IMG/VR virus record: IMGVR_UViG_3300021376_000030
Span: 20,920-84,919 of that record
Reading direction: 5' to 3' (one strand)
Source of the DNA: a virus
DNA length: 64,000 bases
The position numbers and the translations under genes are program-made. Positions 26,225-36,374 of this stretch are shown here, in pieces. Under the pieces are notes generated by a model, which was not told where the DNA came from, did no database searches, and worked only from the letters and a program-made list of their open reading frames with translations. The first letter of the stretch is position 1. Every line of letters starts with the position of its first letter.

Positions 26225-26896
26225 ATGGCCAAGATTAACGAATACATTTATAATTTTTTGTCAGACTTTAAAAACAATTATAGCCTATTAAAGAATGATG
26301 TATATAACATACAGAATAACTACGGCTTGGCAGATATGCACTATAACAGTTATTCGCCTGAAAGTGATTTACTCTATCCTTGTAATAGAATAAGCGATTT
26401 TGTTGCTGATGAAGAAAATTGCCCCGAAAACACCTTTAAAGGTATTCCACTTTACGAACAGGAAACACAAGCAACCAAATTTTTTGATGTTATTAATCAA
26501 AATCCTCTTCTTAATTTATTATACCCAGAGCGGGATAATATGAGATATGATTTCCCTGAACCCCCTGACAGTATGAAAGAATTTTGTAAGCAATACAAGG
26601 CAATGACCACGTTTATGTATAGTTCTATGAAAACACATAAGAGCATACGACCCGAATATAAACATATTATTCTTTTAATATATGATAAGGGCGACGGGCC
26701 TATCACTATCCGATCAAACGGAATTGATGCAACATTAAATGAAAATTTTAATAGTTTTTACTTTTTGCATGATACTCCATGCGAAATTATTAATCCATTC
26801 TATGAAAAAAACTTTATATTTTTAGGTGTATTTGAATTTGAAAATTATGCTGAATTTTCATCTCGTAATACCGTAAACTCTATACCAGGTTTTTGA
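26225..26896 (+). CDS. hypothetical protein (possible cupin/2OG-oxygenase-like)
   Basis: ORF with a beta-rich C-terminus (H...LLIYD..GPI...HDTPCEIIN); fold assignment weak. Confidence 0.5.
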   Translation: MAKINEYIYNFLSDFKNNYSLLKNDVYNIQNNYGLADMHYNSYSPESDLLYPCNRISDFVADEENCPENTFKGIPLYEQETQATKFFDVINQNPLLNLLYPERDNMRYDFPEPPDSMKEFCKQYKAMTTFMYSSMKTHKSIRPEYKHIILLIYDKGDGPITIRSNGIDATLNENFNSFYFLHDTPCEIINPFYEKNFIFLGVFEFENYAEFSSRNTVNSIPGF

Positions 26897-27171
26897 AATC
26901 GAGGATCCCGTTCCATTACTAACTTTTTTTTATGCTCTATAGAAAAATCTGTAAGTTTTTGAAGTTGATGCTGCTGCACCTTTCTGAAAGGATGGTATCC
27001 TATAATTATATCCTTATCAGTTTCCACTATTCGTAAAAACCCTTGCTTTGAGAGCATTGTAAAATATGCTTCTGGTGTGTATTTAGCTTTAAGCTTATTC
27101 TCTAACATAGCAAAATGATCTAACACCTCTACCAAATCGCCATTAGATCGCATCCAATAATTTTTAATCAT
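26845..27171 (-). CDS. hypothetical protein
   Basis: YWMRSNG...H...GFLRI pattern seen in phage proteins. Confidence 0.55.
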   Translation of the reverse strand: MIKNYWMRSNGDLVEVLDHFAMLENKLKAKYTPEAYFTMLSKQGFLRIVETDKDIIIGYHPFRKVQQHQLQKLTDFSIEHKKKLVMERDPRFQKPGIEFTVLRDENSA

Positions 27172-27979
27172 TTATTTTATTTAATATCTGCTTGTATTTT
27201 GTAAGTATCTTTAGCAAAAGCACTCTTTCCTTAATAGAAGACACTATACCGCTATCAAAATTATCTTCAATATTATTGCTTGTTGTTAGCCAGGGCTTAT
27301 TCTCACCAGCGTAATGAAAAATTAAACCATTCTTGAGCTTAGAATCAGTAATAAAAGGTGTGGATATAAAGTATTCTGCTGGTAGAAGCGTAACTAAATT
27401 ATTAAAATATAAATTCAAAGGACCTTGATTGCCAAGCCAATTTGCCGATTTATATATTTTAAATAATCCTAATCTTACTTCTTCACACAGGAATTGTTTA
27501 TTTATTACCATTACCCCGGCATTAAAACATTTGTCAAAATTAAAATTTTTATTCTTTAAAAACTTACTTCCAGAGCAAAGTAATTTACTATGCAGGCCGT
27601 CAGGGTTTGGATGATAAACTGCACCAAAAGCAACAGGATTGGAGAACAGGTGTTCAATATTACCACAAACAATCATATCAGCATCAAAGAATACTATACT
27701 ATCATATTGCAAAGTAAAAATTTCAAATCTTTTAGCAGGGTTAATTCTCCATTTTCTTCGTTTGAATGTACGATCAAAACTATAATTGTTGCATACTGTT
27801 TTGAAAATTACATTTGGATAAATTTTCTTTATCTCACTCTTGTTATACTGTGTTATATTTTCTTCTTCAATAATCACACACGGGGGAGTTAATTTATTGT
27901 ATTGTAAGTAGCTATATAAAAATACTCTGAGAGCATCTACATAGTCATTAGTAATTGTAAATACCATGGCGCTATTCAC
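27164..27979 (-). CDS. glycosyltransferase family 8
   Basis: IVFFDADM, FNAGVMVI, NQGPLN and IFHYAGENKPW. Confidence 0.9.
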   Translation of the reverse strand: MNSAMVFTITNDYVDALRVFLYSYLQYNKLTPPCVIIEEENITQYNKSEIKKIYPNVIFKTVCNNYSFDRTFKRRKWRINPAKRFEIFTLQYDSIVFFDADMIVCGNIEHLFSNPVAFGAVYHPNPDGLHSKLLCSGSKFLKNKNFNFDKCFNAGVMVINKQFLCEEVRLGLFKIYKSANWLGNQGPLNLYFNNLVTLLPAEYFISTPFITDSKLKNGLIFHYAGENKPWLTTSNNIEDNFDSGIVSSIKERVLLLKILTKYKQILNKIND

Positions 27980-29069
27980 TAAAGTAATCCTCCAGCTCGC
28001 TTTCCCTGTTAATGTCCAAAGTTAGACAATGATGACCCCCTCCAAATAGTCTACTGTATCTTATTTTATTAGGTATTGCTTCTATATTGTATTTTCTAAG
28101 CTTAGAGCTCAAGATATCATAATATTCAGGCATACAAATAATTGTTTCTGGTGATAGTGAAAGTATATTGCAATATATTTTTTCAGAAGCTAGCGGTATG
28201 TAGCCTGTTGATGTAGTAGGGGATAATTCAGTTGGCACGTGAATAAACTCCCATTGTTGCAAAGGCTTAGGTAATTTATTAACAATATCTAATGTTATTA
28301 GCGCAAGCCCAGGGCGAAGAGGTAAAAAAACGGAATCAATATGATGATCAGCAATATCAACTACCCACACTCTGTAGTCTTTACCTAAGATTTGTTGTAA
28401 CCATTTAGCACCAAGTCTCTCATGTTCTGTTGATGCATTCATTAATATGGTATTACCTAACCGCAAACAGTTTGCTGCATCAAACATGATTTCAACCCCA
28501 CAATCTAACTCTTGACTATATTTTGATTTTAACGACTCATAATATTTCTTAGCATCTAAAGATTTATAGACTCTGGACATATCATAAGAATTGTCTGTTA
28601 CTAGAGGTCTAGGTGCACATATCCATGATGCACCATGCTTGAAATATTCTAAAAACAAATGCTTTAAATAATCGTTTTCAAATTGTCGCCATCTTGCAGC
28701 CACTGGGGTTTCTATTATTTTGTCTCCTATTACCATGGTCAAATCACGTACATTAAGAGCTGGGTAGTTGGTACTAGACCAGCACAATGTTTTTGTAGCC
28801 TTTAAACATGCAGGTACTTTTGGTCTTAATACCTTAACACCATTATTTTCAAGTAAAGATACAAATGAATTTAAATCTTCAGTATGCTCTTCAATTATTT
28901 TAGAATTTAAAACCCATCTGTCGGCATAATATGAATTACGAGTATCGTATATATTATCATGAAAAAACAATTTGAACGTTATATCATTGTGTGGTAATTC
29001 TGCGGGAAATCCATTTCCTACAATTACCTCCTTCAGCTTACCCCACTCATTATGACTGTTTACTTGCAT
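27972..29069 (-). CDS. amidinotransferase (glycine/inosamine-phosphate amidinotransferase family)
   Basis: NSHNEWGKLKEVIVG, RDL, FDAAN, HIDS..PLRPG and GGGHHCLTLD..RE (catalytic D/H/C). Confidence 0.92.
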   Translation of the reverse strand: MQVNSHNEWGKLKEVIVGNGFPAELPHNDITFKLFFHDNIYDTRNSYYADRWVLNSKIIEEHTEDLNSFVSLLENNGVKVLRPKVPACLKATKTLCWSSTNYPALNVRDLTMVIGDKIIETPVAARWRQFENDYLKHLFLEYFKHGASWICAPRPLVTDNSYDMSRVYKSLDAKKYYESLKSKYSQELDCGVEIMFDAANCLRLGNTILMNASTEHERLGAKWLQQILGKDYRVWVVDIADHHIDSVFLPLRPGLALITLDIVNKLPKPLQQWEFIHVPTELSPTTSTGYIPLASEKIYCNILSLSPETIICMPEYYDILSSKLRKYNIEAIPNKIRYSRLFGGGHHCLTLDINRESELEDYFSE

Positions 29070-29965
29070 ATTTGTTTAAACATTTCATGGTACTGCTGTA
29101 CAATAATTTTGTGGCAATTTTCATTTGCGCGCTTTTTGCACCTACCAATCATTCTCAAAAAAGTTTTCTTATCTTTTTTTAAGAACATCATTTTTGCAAA
29201 AAGCTCTTTTGGTGTTTCGGCAAAAATTGTATCATATTTCGATTTAACTACTCCTGATATGGTGGTTTCTCTATTAAGAATACTCGGTATACCCATATAC
29301 CAAGCTTGATATAGCCTATTTGCGTGACGGTGCGTTTTGCCAGTAATAGGAGACCATATGGATGAAGGATGAAGAAATTCACCGTTGTCTTTCTTATATA
29401 ATGGTAATTTTTTGTCTCTCAAAAATACAAACACATCCGTAGGTATATCGCAATAATTTTTGTTGTTTATTATCTTAAAATTTATTCCATAGTAGGCACA
29501 ATTCTGGATAAATCTCTTACCAGATAACTCTTTGTCAAAACTGTGCGCTGCGCCTACACCAGTAAAATTTACGGGGGGAAACTTAGGGTTAAATTTAATA
29601 ATATTAACAGGAAGAGGAAAATGTATGAAAAACGTGCGCTTATTAATCATCTGCTTGTTATGAGTGACTATAAAATCAACACCCTGAACTTCCGGAAAAT
29701 CACCTATAACCTGTACAGTTTTATATTTACCAATTTTAATTTTATCTTTAGTATCATAATGAAATATTACAACATCATTTTTTTGTATATTTTTTGGAAC
29801 GTCTGTAACTAAAAATAAATTATATTGTTTATTTTTTAAATTATTTTTTAGAATCCAATAATTATAAACTATATGGTGAAAGTTACCGTTACAAAGATTT
29901 GAATATTCATCTTTGCATTCTAAATAGTTATTACCCAATTTGTGAGCCAAAAAGTATATATTCAT
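29060..29965 (-). CDS. glycosyltransferase-like protein
   Basis: DVFVFLR...ANRLYQAWYMGIPSI, resembling a GT-B C-terminal motif. Confidence 0.6.
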   Translation of the reverse strand: MNIYFLAHKLGNNYLECKDEYSNLCNGNFHHIVYNYWILKNNLKNKQYNLFLVTDVPKNIQKNDVVIFHYDTKDKIKIGKYKTVQVIGDFPEVQGVDFIVTHNKQMINKRTFFIHFPLPVNIIKFNPKFPPVNFTGVGAAHSFDKELSGKRFIQNCAYYGINFKIINNKNYCDIPTDVFVFLRDKKLPLYKKDNGEFLHPSSIWSPITGKTHRHANRLYQAWYMGIPSILNRETTISGVVKSKYDTIFAETPKELFAKMMFLKKDKKTFLRMIGRCKKRANENCHKIIVQQYHEMFKQICK

Positions 29966-30818
29966 GAGTGTAGCTATATTATTGCCTGTATTTAATTGTG
30001 AGGATACTATAAATCAAACAGTTCAAAGCTTGCTTCTTCAATCATATTCCGATTTCATACTATATGTGATTAATAACAATTGTAGTGATAAAACAATTGA
30101 TATAGTTAAGGGTATCCCTGATTTTAGAATAAAAGTTTTTAACTATAATGCTATACAAAAATGTAGCGCGGCTTTAAATTACGGGCTCGACATAATTAAA
30201 GAAAATATTATTTGTCGTGCTGATGGAGATGACATATACCATCCAAATTATATACAATATTATGTTGATGAGCTTAGCAAAAATAAGCATAAGATAGTTT
30301 ATGGGAGCTATAAGTTTAATTATCATGATGGGCGAGTAGAAAATACTACCCGGTTAACTGATCTAGATTTATTAGTATGGCGATTAATGTTTTTTAATAC
30401 TGTGGATCATAATGTTGGGTATGATAGAAAATATATTAATCTATTAGGTCAATATAACACGCTATTACACTCAGAAGACTACGATCTATGGTTAAGAAGT
30501 GTAATATACAATCCAGACAGTATAAGCGGTATACAATCCACCGATATATTGTGTGAATGCTACAAATCAAAAACTTGCATGACGGAAAAGTATAAGCATA
30601 GCAACGACATTAACGTGCGATTATCTTGTGATTTTATTAGAAAATATCTTAATATTCCTGTAGACAGCAAAATTATTTCTAAAATAAAAAAGAACGAAAC
30701 GCTTGATCAGCAAGAAAAATTAATGATTAACTGCATACTAGATGCTTTTTGTAAGAAGCGAGGGATAACAACAAACAAACTTAACAAATTTATTAAGGAG
30801 TTTCAATTTTATGTGTAG
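29964..30818 (+). CDS. glycosyltransferase family 2
   Basis: ILLPVFN.E..I..TVQSLL.QSY, ALNYGL, RADGDDI and SEDYDLWLR. Confidence 0.92.
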   Translation: MSVAILLPVFNCEDTINQTVQSLLLQSYSDFILYVINNNCSDKTIDIVKGIPDFRIKVFNYNAIQKCSAALNYGLDIIKENIICRADGDDIYHPNYIQYYVDELSKNKHKIVYGSYKFNYHDGRVENTTRLTDLDLLVWRLMFFNTVDHNVGYDRKYINLLGQYNTLLHSEDYDLWLRSVIYNPDSISGIQSTDILCECYKSKTCMTEKYKHSNDINVRLSCDFIRKYLNIPVDSKIISKIKKNETLDQQEKLMINCILDAFCKKRGITTNKLNKFIKEFQFYV

Positions 30819-32088
30819 CATTCTATTCACTACAAAGCAGCTTTCTGCAGAAAGTATATCTAATGCTAATAAATTACTGCAATATAGAGGGCCAGATAAT
30901 TTTAATACTTATCAAACCGGGGTGGGTACATTTTTACACAATAGATTAGATATTGCTGGCAACTGCTTACAGCCTTTCTCTGAACATGACATAGATATAA
31001 TTTTTAATGGCGAAATATATAATTATACCGAAGATAATGAAGCCCTCTATATTCTTAATCTTTATAGGAAATATGGAATAAAATTTGCACAATATTTGGA
31101 TGGTGAATACGCTATACTGTTAGTTGACAATAAAAGGCAGAAAATACTCTCTGCAACAGACCCGTTTAAAACAAAACCATTATGGGTTTCTATAGATAAT
31201 GGGTTTCACGTTTCTACATATAAAAGCGCATTGTTGGAGTGTGGTATATCTAATGTTGAGCCTCATAAGCCAAATACAGTAATGGTTTATGATATTAATA
31301 AAAACAAGATAAGAAATTATACAAATATTACGTTTGATTTAAGGCAACATAAGCAAACTTATGAAGACTGGATTGCCGCTTTTAAGCTATCTATATTAAA
31401 TAGATCTAAAACAGATAAAAAAATATTTATAGGGTTAAGCAGCGGCTATGATAGCGGCTGTATTGCTTGTGAATTAAACAATATTAAAAAGCCTTTTAAC
31501 GCATATAGCATTGTAAACAATGAAAATTATAATATTATTCAGGAAAGATGTAATATATTAAACAATGTTGAAATGATTGATTATAATGAAAAAAACAACC
31601 TTTATGTATTGTCACACTTTCAAAAGTATTGTGAGCTAGATACGAATACAGAATATGGGTATTTGGAAGATAGATCATCTATACCCTTGATGCATATTGG
31701 AATTCGCGCAAAAAATAGTGGTTGTAAGATATTCTTTTCTGGTACTGGGTGTGACGAGATTATAGGCGATTACTATGTAAAAGGTAATTATGATCAAGAC
31801 AAAGCGTCCTGCTTTCAAGGAAAATTTCCTAACGATCTTAATTCTATCTTTCCATGGAAAAACGTCTTTAACGGGACAATGCGAAAATATCTTACGAAAG
31901 ATGAATATATTATCGGTTGTCTAGGAATTGAAGCCCGGTATCCGTTTTTGGACAAACACCTCGTTCAAGAATTTTTGTGGCTATTACCAGAATTAAAAAA
32001 TGCTTTTTATAAAGCACCTCTTAGGGATTACCTAATACAAAATAATTTTCCGTATAAAGAAAATGAAAAGAAAGGCTTTCGTGTCTAA
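30811..32088 (+). CDS. asparagine synthetase-like glutamine amidotransferase
   Basis: N-terminal MCSI (Cys2), RGPD, HNRL, FNGEIYN, LSSGYDS, SGTGCDE and EARYPFLD. Confidence 0.92.
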   Translation: MCSILFTTKQLSAESISNANKLLQYRGPDNFNTYQTGVGTFLHNRLDIAGNCLQPFSEHDIDIIFNGEIYNYTEDNEALYILNLYRKYGIKFAQYLDGEYAILLVDNKRQKILSATDPFKTKPLWVSIDNGFHVSTYKSALLECGISNVEPHKPNTVMVYDINKNKIRNYTNITFDLRQHKQTYEDWIAAFKLSILNRSKTDKKIFIGLSSGYDSGCIACELNNIKKPFNAYSIVNNENYNIIQERCNILNNVEMIDYNEKNNLYVLSHFQKYCELDTNTEYGYLEDRSSIPLMHIGIRAKNSGCKIFFSGTGCDEIIGDYYVKGNYDQDKASCFQGKFPNDLNSIFPWKNVFNGTMRKYLTKDEYIIGCLGIEARYPFLDKHLVQEFLWLLPELKNAFYKAPLRDYLIQNNFPYKENEKKGFRV

Positions 32089-32866
32089 AGCAATTGTTTA
32101 TATTTTAAACAAAGAGTTTTTAACTGCATTTAAAGTATCTTTGTATTCGTTATACAAGTATAATAGTTTAAAAAACATTAAATTAGTTATTTTTTATTAC
32201 GAAGACTGTCTATTACCGGAACTAAGTACTATTTTTAGTAAATTAAAATTATCTGTAGATTTTAAACCAATAAATAGAGGCCTCTATAACAATTGTATAT
32301 TTGATGGTGCATACAGAAAGTGGCAATTTAATCCTGGATATAGATTTGAACTGTTTGATTTAAAGTTTGATGAGATACTGTATATAGATTGCGATACTTT
32401 AATTAATGGCGATATAACTTCATTCTTTAGTCAACAGGGTAATTTTTGTGCATGCCCGTTAAATCCGAGAATCGCTATTTACTATGCAAGAGGCAACGGG
32501 TTTAACGCCGGTATTTTTTTAGTAAGAAAGAAATATATTTCTAAATCATTTAAAAGGAAATTAATTAAGTTTTGCGAAGAGTCAAATAATTTATCTGGTA
32601 ATCAAGTTGTTCTAAATCATTTTTTTAAAAACAAGACAACTTTTTTGCCGCAAAAATATAATGTCACAACAGATGTATTGTCGTCTGAGCTATTGGCCGA
32701 AGGTCTTATATTTCATTTTGTTGGTGAACTCAAGCCCTGGAATAATAAACTGCAGGAAAGTTATAATGAATATGTGTTAAGTAATACAGGATTGTTTTTA
32801 TTGTCAAAATTATTTTTAAGATACAAACAATTAGAAAAAGAGTCTAGTTTATTTTTTAATAACTAA
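32081..32866 (+). CDS. glycosyltransferase family 8
   Basis: ILYIDCD, FNAGIF, NQVVLN and IFHFVGELKPW; paralog of 27164..27979; GTG start preferred over ATG 32063. Confidence 0.88.
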   Translation: MSKAIVYILNKEFLTAFKVSLYSLYKYNSLKNIKLVIFYYEDCLLPELSTIFSKLKLSVDFKPINRGLYNNCIFDGAYRKWQFNPGYRFELFDLKFDEILYIDCDTLINGDITSFFSQQGNFCACPLNPRIAIYYARGNGFNAGIFLVRKKYISKSFKRKLIKFCEESNNLSGNQVVLNHFFKNKTTFLPQKYNVTTDVLSSELLAEGLIFHFVGELKPWNNKLQESYNEYVLSNTGLFLLSKLFLRYKQLEKESSLFFNN

Positions 32867-32880
32867 ATATAAATATCCTT

Positions 32881-33126
32881 ATGTCAGATATTGATCCAAA
32901 AATTTACGGGGCAAAAATTTACGAAGCAGAGATTAAACAATTTTTTAATTTGGAAAAACCTGTACCTAAAATATTCAAAAACGGTAAAAAATTAAGAGAA
33001 GATTATGTTGCAAGAGAAGAATTTCTAAAAAAAATTAGCCTGTGCAATGGTTGTGAATTAGTTCAGTTTAGGGCTTATTTTATTACTCAGTTGCTTGATA
33101 ATATTAAAGACCCTGCAGTTAATTGA
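32881..33126 (+). CDS. hypothetical protein (late)
   Basis: 81 aa ORF with CNGC; TATAAATA at 32868-32875. Confidence 0.6.
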   Translation: MSDIDPKIYGAKIYEAEIKQFFNLEKPVPKIFKNGKKLREDYVAREEFLKKISLCNGCELVQFRAYFITQLLDNIKDPAVN

Positions 33127-33156
33127 GTTTAATTAAATAGTATATATAATAAAGCT

Positions 33157-33810
33157 ATGAATGTCCTGTGTTTAGTACCGCACGGTGATGATGAAATTTT
33201 GTCTGCAGGCGGTTCATTGATCAAACATAAAAGGCAAGGCGATACACTAACAATATGCATTCTCAAAGGAGATAAGGACCCTCGTAATGCTCAACAACTA
33301 GAGAATAGTAAAGAGGTTGCGCGTTTTCTTAATGTAGACAAACTACAACATTTAGATATTTCAGAATCTCTTCTTAGCTCGGATATAAAGTATGTGGCAG
33401 GTGCAATAGAAAGTTTTTTATTAAATGAGCCGTTTTTTGATATTTTGTATACTGTTTCTCCTTACGATAATCATCAAGATCATCGGGGAGTCTTTTCTGC
33501 AATTAATGTTGCTTTAAGAGCAACAGGGCCTTTTGTTATTCCTCGCATTTTATGTGGTGAAACACTATCTTCATCTGATCAAACTTTTGGAATTACAAAA
33601 AAGTTTACTCCCACCTATTACAATATTTTATCCGAAGATGATATTAATAAAAAAGTTGAAGCTCTTTTATTCTATCCTGGTGAGCTTAGACAGCCTCCCC
33701 ATCCCCGGTCAATACAATTAATAAAAACACTAGCAGCGTTAAGAGGGTCTGAATGTAATAGCAATTATGCAGAAGCGTTTATGGTGGCCCGGTGGCATAT
33801 CAATGAGTAG
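33157..33810 (+). CDS. PIG-L/LmbE family N-acetylsugar deacetylase
   Basis: PHGDDE, D.HQDH, PHPRS and AEAF motifs. Confidence 0.9.
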   Translation: MNVLCLVPHGDDEILSAGGSLIKHKRQGDTLTICILKGDKDPRNAQQLENSKEVARFLNVDKLQHLDISESLLSSDIKYVAGAIESFLLNEPFFDILYTVSPYDNHQDHRGVFSAINVALRATGPFVIPRILCGETLSSSDQTFGITKKFTPTYYNILSEDDINKKVEALLFYPGELRQPPHPRSIQLIKTLAALRGSECNSNYAEAFMVARWHINE

Positions 33811-34705
33811 CATACTTGTGACAGGGGGGAGTGGGTTTATAGGTAAAGAAATTATTAAGCATTTAGAATGGGTAAAATATAGACCTGTTAATTTTGATAT
33901 TAGCGATAGAAACAATCTTTTATGCATAAATCAACTTGAGCGATATATTAAAAATACTGATATGGTAATTCATATTGCCGCTCAGGCTAATTTTATGGAA
34001 ATGGAAAATTTATTAGGAGCACAAAGCGGTGTAATGATAAATGTTGTAGGGACTCATAATATAGCCTATCTTTGTGCAAAGTATAAAAAGCCTCTAATAT
34101 ATGGATCCACAGTATGCACTTACGGTAATATTGAAACAATAGGCAAAGAGAATTCAGCGCTAAATCCATCTGACCTGTATGCTTATTCAAAGCTAGCCGG
34201 TGAAAATATAATATTAGGGTATGCAAAAACGTTTGGGCTTGAATATATTATTTTACGTTTTGCAACTACATATGGGCCAGGTATAAGACCTGCATTAGGT
34301 GTTCATAAATTCATTACTGCCGCTAAAAAAAATCTTCCATTAAAGATACATGGAAACGGAAAACAAACACGCACCCAAACTCATGTATATGACATTGCTT
34401 CGGGTGTCGTTAAAGCTGTTCAACGATTTAATAAAGCTAAAAATAATATAATAAATCTATCTGCATCCGAACAAATTACAGCAAAAAAAATGGCTAAAGA
34501 TATAATTAAAAAGCTAAATAGTAAGTCAAAAATTATTAATATAGATCAACGAAAAAACCAAACGTTTTATGAGAGGTTTTCTACAGATAAAGCAAAAAAG
34601 CTATTAAAATGGAGCCCGGTTTATAGCTGGGAAAAAGGTATAAAAAATACTATTGAATGGTTTATTAGCGCAAAAGATGGGCGTCATCAACTGCCATCCC
34701 GGTAA
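33803..34705 (+). CDS. NAD-dependent epimerase/dehydratase
   Basis: ILVTGGSGFIG, HIAA, YAYSK (YxxxK), YGPG and GNGKQTR. Confidence 0.93.
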   Translation: MSSILVTGGSGFIGKEIIKHLEWVKYRPVNFDISDRNNLLCINQLERYIKNTDMVIHIAAQANFMEMENLLGAQSGVMINVVGTHNIAYLCAKYKKPLIYGSTVCTYGNIETIGKENSALNPSDLYAYSKLAGENIILGYAKTFGLEYIILRFATTYGPGIRPALGVHKFITAAKKNLPLKIHGNGKQTRTQTHVYDIASGVVKAVQRFNKAKNNIINLSASEQITAKKMAKDIIKKLNSKSKIINIDQRKNQTFYERFSTDKAKKLLKWSPVYSWEKGIKNTIEWFISAKDGRHQLPSR

Positions 34706-36023
34706 TAGTTCGTACAAAAGTATCCATTGGCTCATCTCTAAACAGCTCTATACAATATTTTTCGTTTATAGTATAAAGCTTGTGCACCTTTTTTTCGTCT
34801 AAATTATACTCTTGGATAATTTTTTGAGCTAAATTATATCTTTCAGTAAAATTTACCCGCAGATAATCTACTAAGTATATTGCACTAGGATTATTTGTTT
34901 CATGATTTACTACACAATATTTTATATATTTTAATGCATCTAGAAATGCATTAAAGTTATAACCAGAATTACCATCAGAATATTCCTGAGCATCAATAGA
35001 GTAATAATGGTCAAGCGCTTGCTGCAGCGAAAGCTTGTCGGTGTATCTCAAGTTTAACATCAGAGGAAATTCTAAATGATGAAAATAAAGCTTTGCCCGA
35101 TATTTATTTGCTAAATCTAAGATATTCTTTAAGTCAAAAAGGTTTTCAGTACATACCACTGGAGATAAAAAAAACTGTTTATTATTTTTATCTAATGCTT
35201 CTTTAAATTTTTCTATATTTGAAATTACTCTATCATATTGTGCATTTTTTCTTATTCGTTCATATACCTCTTTTGTAGCTGCATCAAGTGAAACGCTTAA
35301 GTTTATATTAAGATTTTCCAGATAACGTTTAATTTTATCATTATATATAGTACCGTTTGTTTGTATATAGCAAAGTGTTTGAGATTTTTGCTCTAAAAGA
35401 AAATCAAATATCTTGTAATATGCCCCTATTAAAAACGGCTCACCTCCAAAAAAATTAATTCGTTTTGCGTTTAAAAGAAAAGGCTTTAATTCTTCAAAAA
35501 ACTCTTCAGTTTCGTAAACTTCAAGTAAAGGTTCTCGTTTTTCTCTATTTTTTCTAATAGAAGAGGAATAAACACCATTACACATTATACATTCTAAATT
35601 GCACTTATTACTGAGCTCAAAGTCCAATCTATATGGGTATTTCAATTTTCTAAAACTATCATCATACCTCTCAGATAACGCTGAGTCTTCTGTATCATAA
35701 TGTTTTATTTTTAATGTTTTGTAGTTGGCTGAATCAAGCATTAATTCGCACTGCTGACACCCTAGCTTGAAGCTAAAACTATCCATTTCCTCTCTTAGCT
35801 TCTTTAACTCTTCTCCATTCCAAATTTCCATCAAACTTCTTTGCGGATAAAAGCCAACCGCATAGTCCCTGTTTGCACAACATACAGTTATTCGTCCTCC
35901 CTGATTAAAATTCATAGTAGTAAATGGTGCTTGGCAAAGCGTGCCAAATTTGTCTTTTCTATTTTGCAAGAACTGAGTTTTGGTTAGATGCTTTTGACTA
36001 CTAAGTAGCTCTTGTATAATCAC
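34665..36023 (-). CDS. radical SAM protein with N-terminal Twitch/SPASM-like domain
   Basis: CQAPF..VCC..CQQC, then NKCNLECIMC, GGEPF, TNGT and SLDA. Confidence 0.88.
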   Translation of the reverse strand: MIIQELLSSQKHLTKTQFLQNRKDKFGTLCQAPFTTMNFNQGGRITVCCANRDYAVGFYPQRSLMEIWNGEELKKLREEMDSFSFKLGCQQCELMLDSANYKTLKIKHYDTEDSALSERYDDSFRKLKYPYRLDFELSNKCNLECIMCNGVYSSSIRKNREKREPLLEVYETEEFFEELKPFLLNAKRINFFGGEPFLIGAYYKIFDFLLEQKSQTLCYIQTNGTIYNDKIKRYLENLNINLSVSLDAATKEVYERIRKNAQYDRVISNIEKFKEALDKNNKQFFLSPVVCTENLFDLKNILDLANKYRAKLYFHHLEFPLMLNLRYTDKLSLQQALDHYYSIDAQEYSDGNSGYNFNAFLDALKYIKYCVVNHETNNPSAIYLVDYLRVNFTERYNLAQKIIQEYNLDEKKVHKLYTINEKYCIELFRDEPMDTFVRTITGMAVDDAHLLR

Positions 36024-36044
36024 GTCTTATTTACTATATATGAT

Positions 36045-36374
36045 ATGATAGTACAGTATATAATTGGTTTAGGTATTCTGACAACATCTTTATTGATATG
36101 GTTTTATAGCCCGCTACGGACTTCTTTAGGTCAAATATTTTTTGATAGAAATATATTTTCTAATGATCAATTTGAGACCGCGCTACTTATTAAGTCTCCA
36201 TTTTTAGGAAAATTATTGGGGTGTTATATCTGCCTTTCATTCTGGTTATCTTTATTAATCGGTATCGCTAGTCATTTTTACTTTAATACGCCTTTAACCT
36301 TTATTCCTTTGGTGTGGTTTACCTACCCCGGCCTTGCTTATATATACAAAGCAATAATTGATAGATGCAACTAA
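36045..36374 (+). CDS. DUF1360-like membrane protein
   Basis: TM helices with GKLLGCYICLSFW motif. Confidence 0.65.
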   Translation: MIVQYIIGLGILTTSLLIWFYSPLRTSLGQIFFDRNIFSNDQFETALLIKSPFLGKLLGCYICLSFWLSLLIGIASHFYFNTPLTFIPLVWFTYPGLAYIYKAIIDRCN

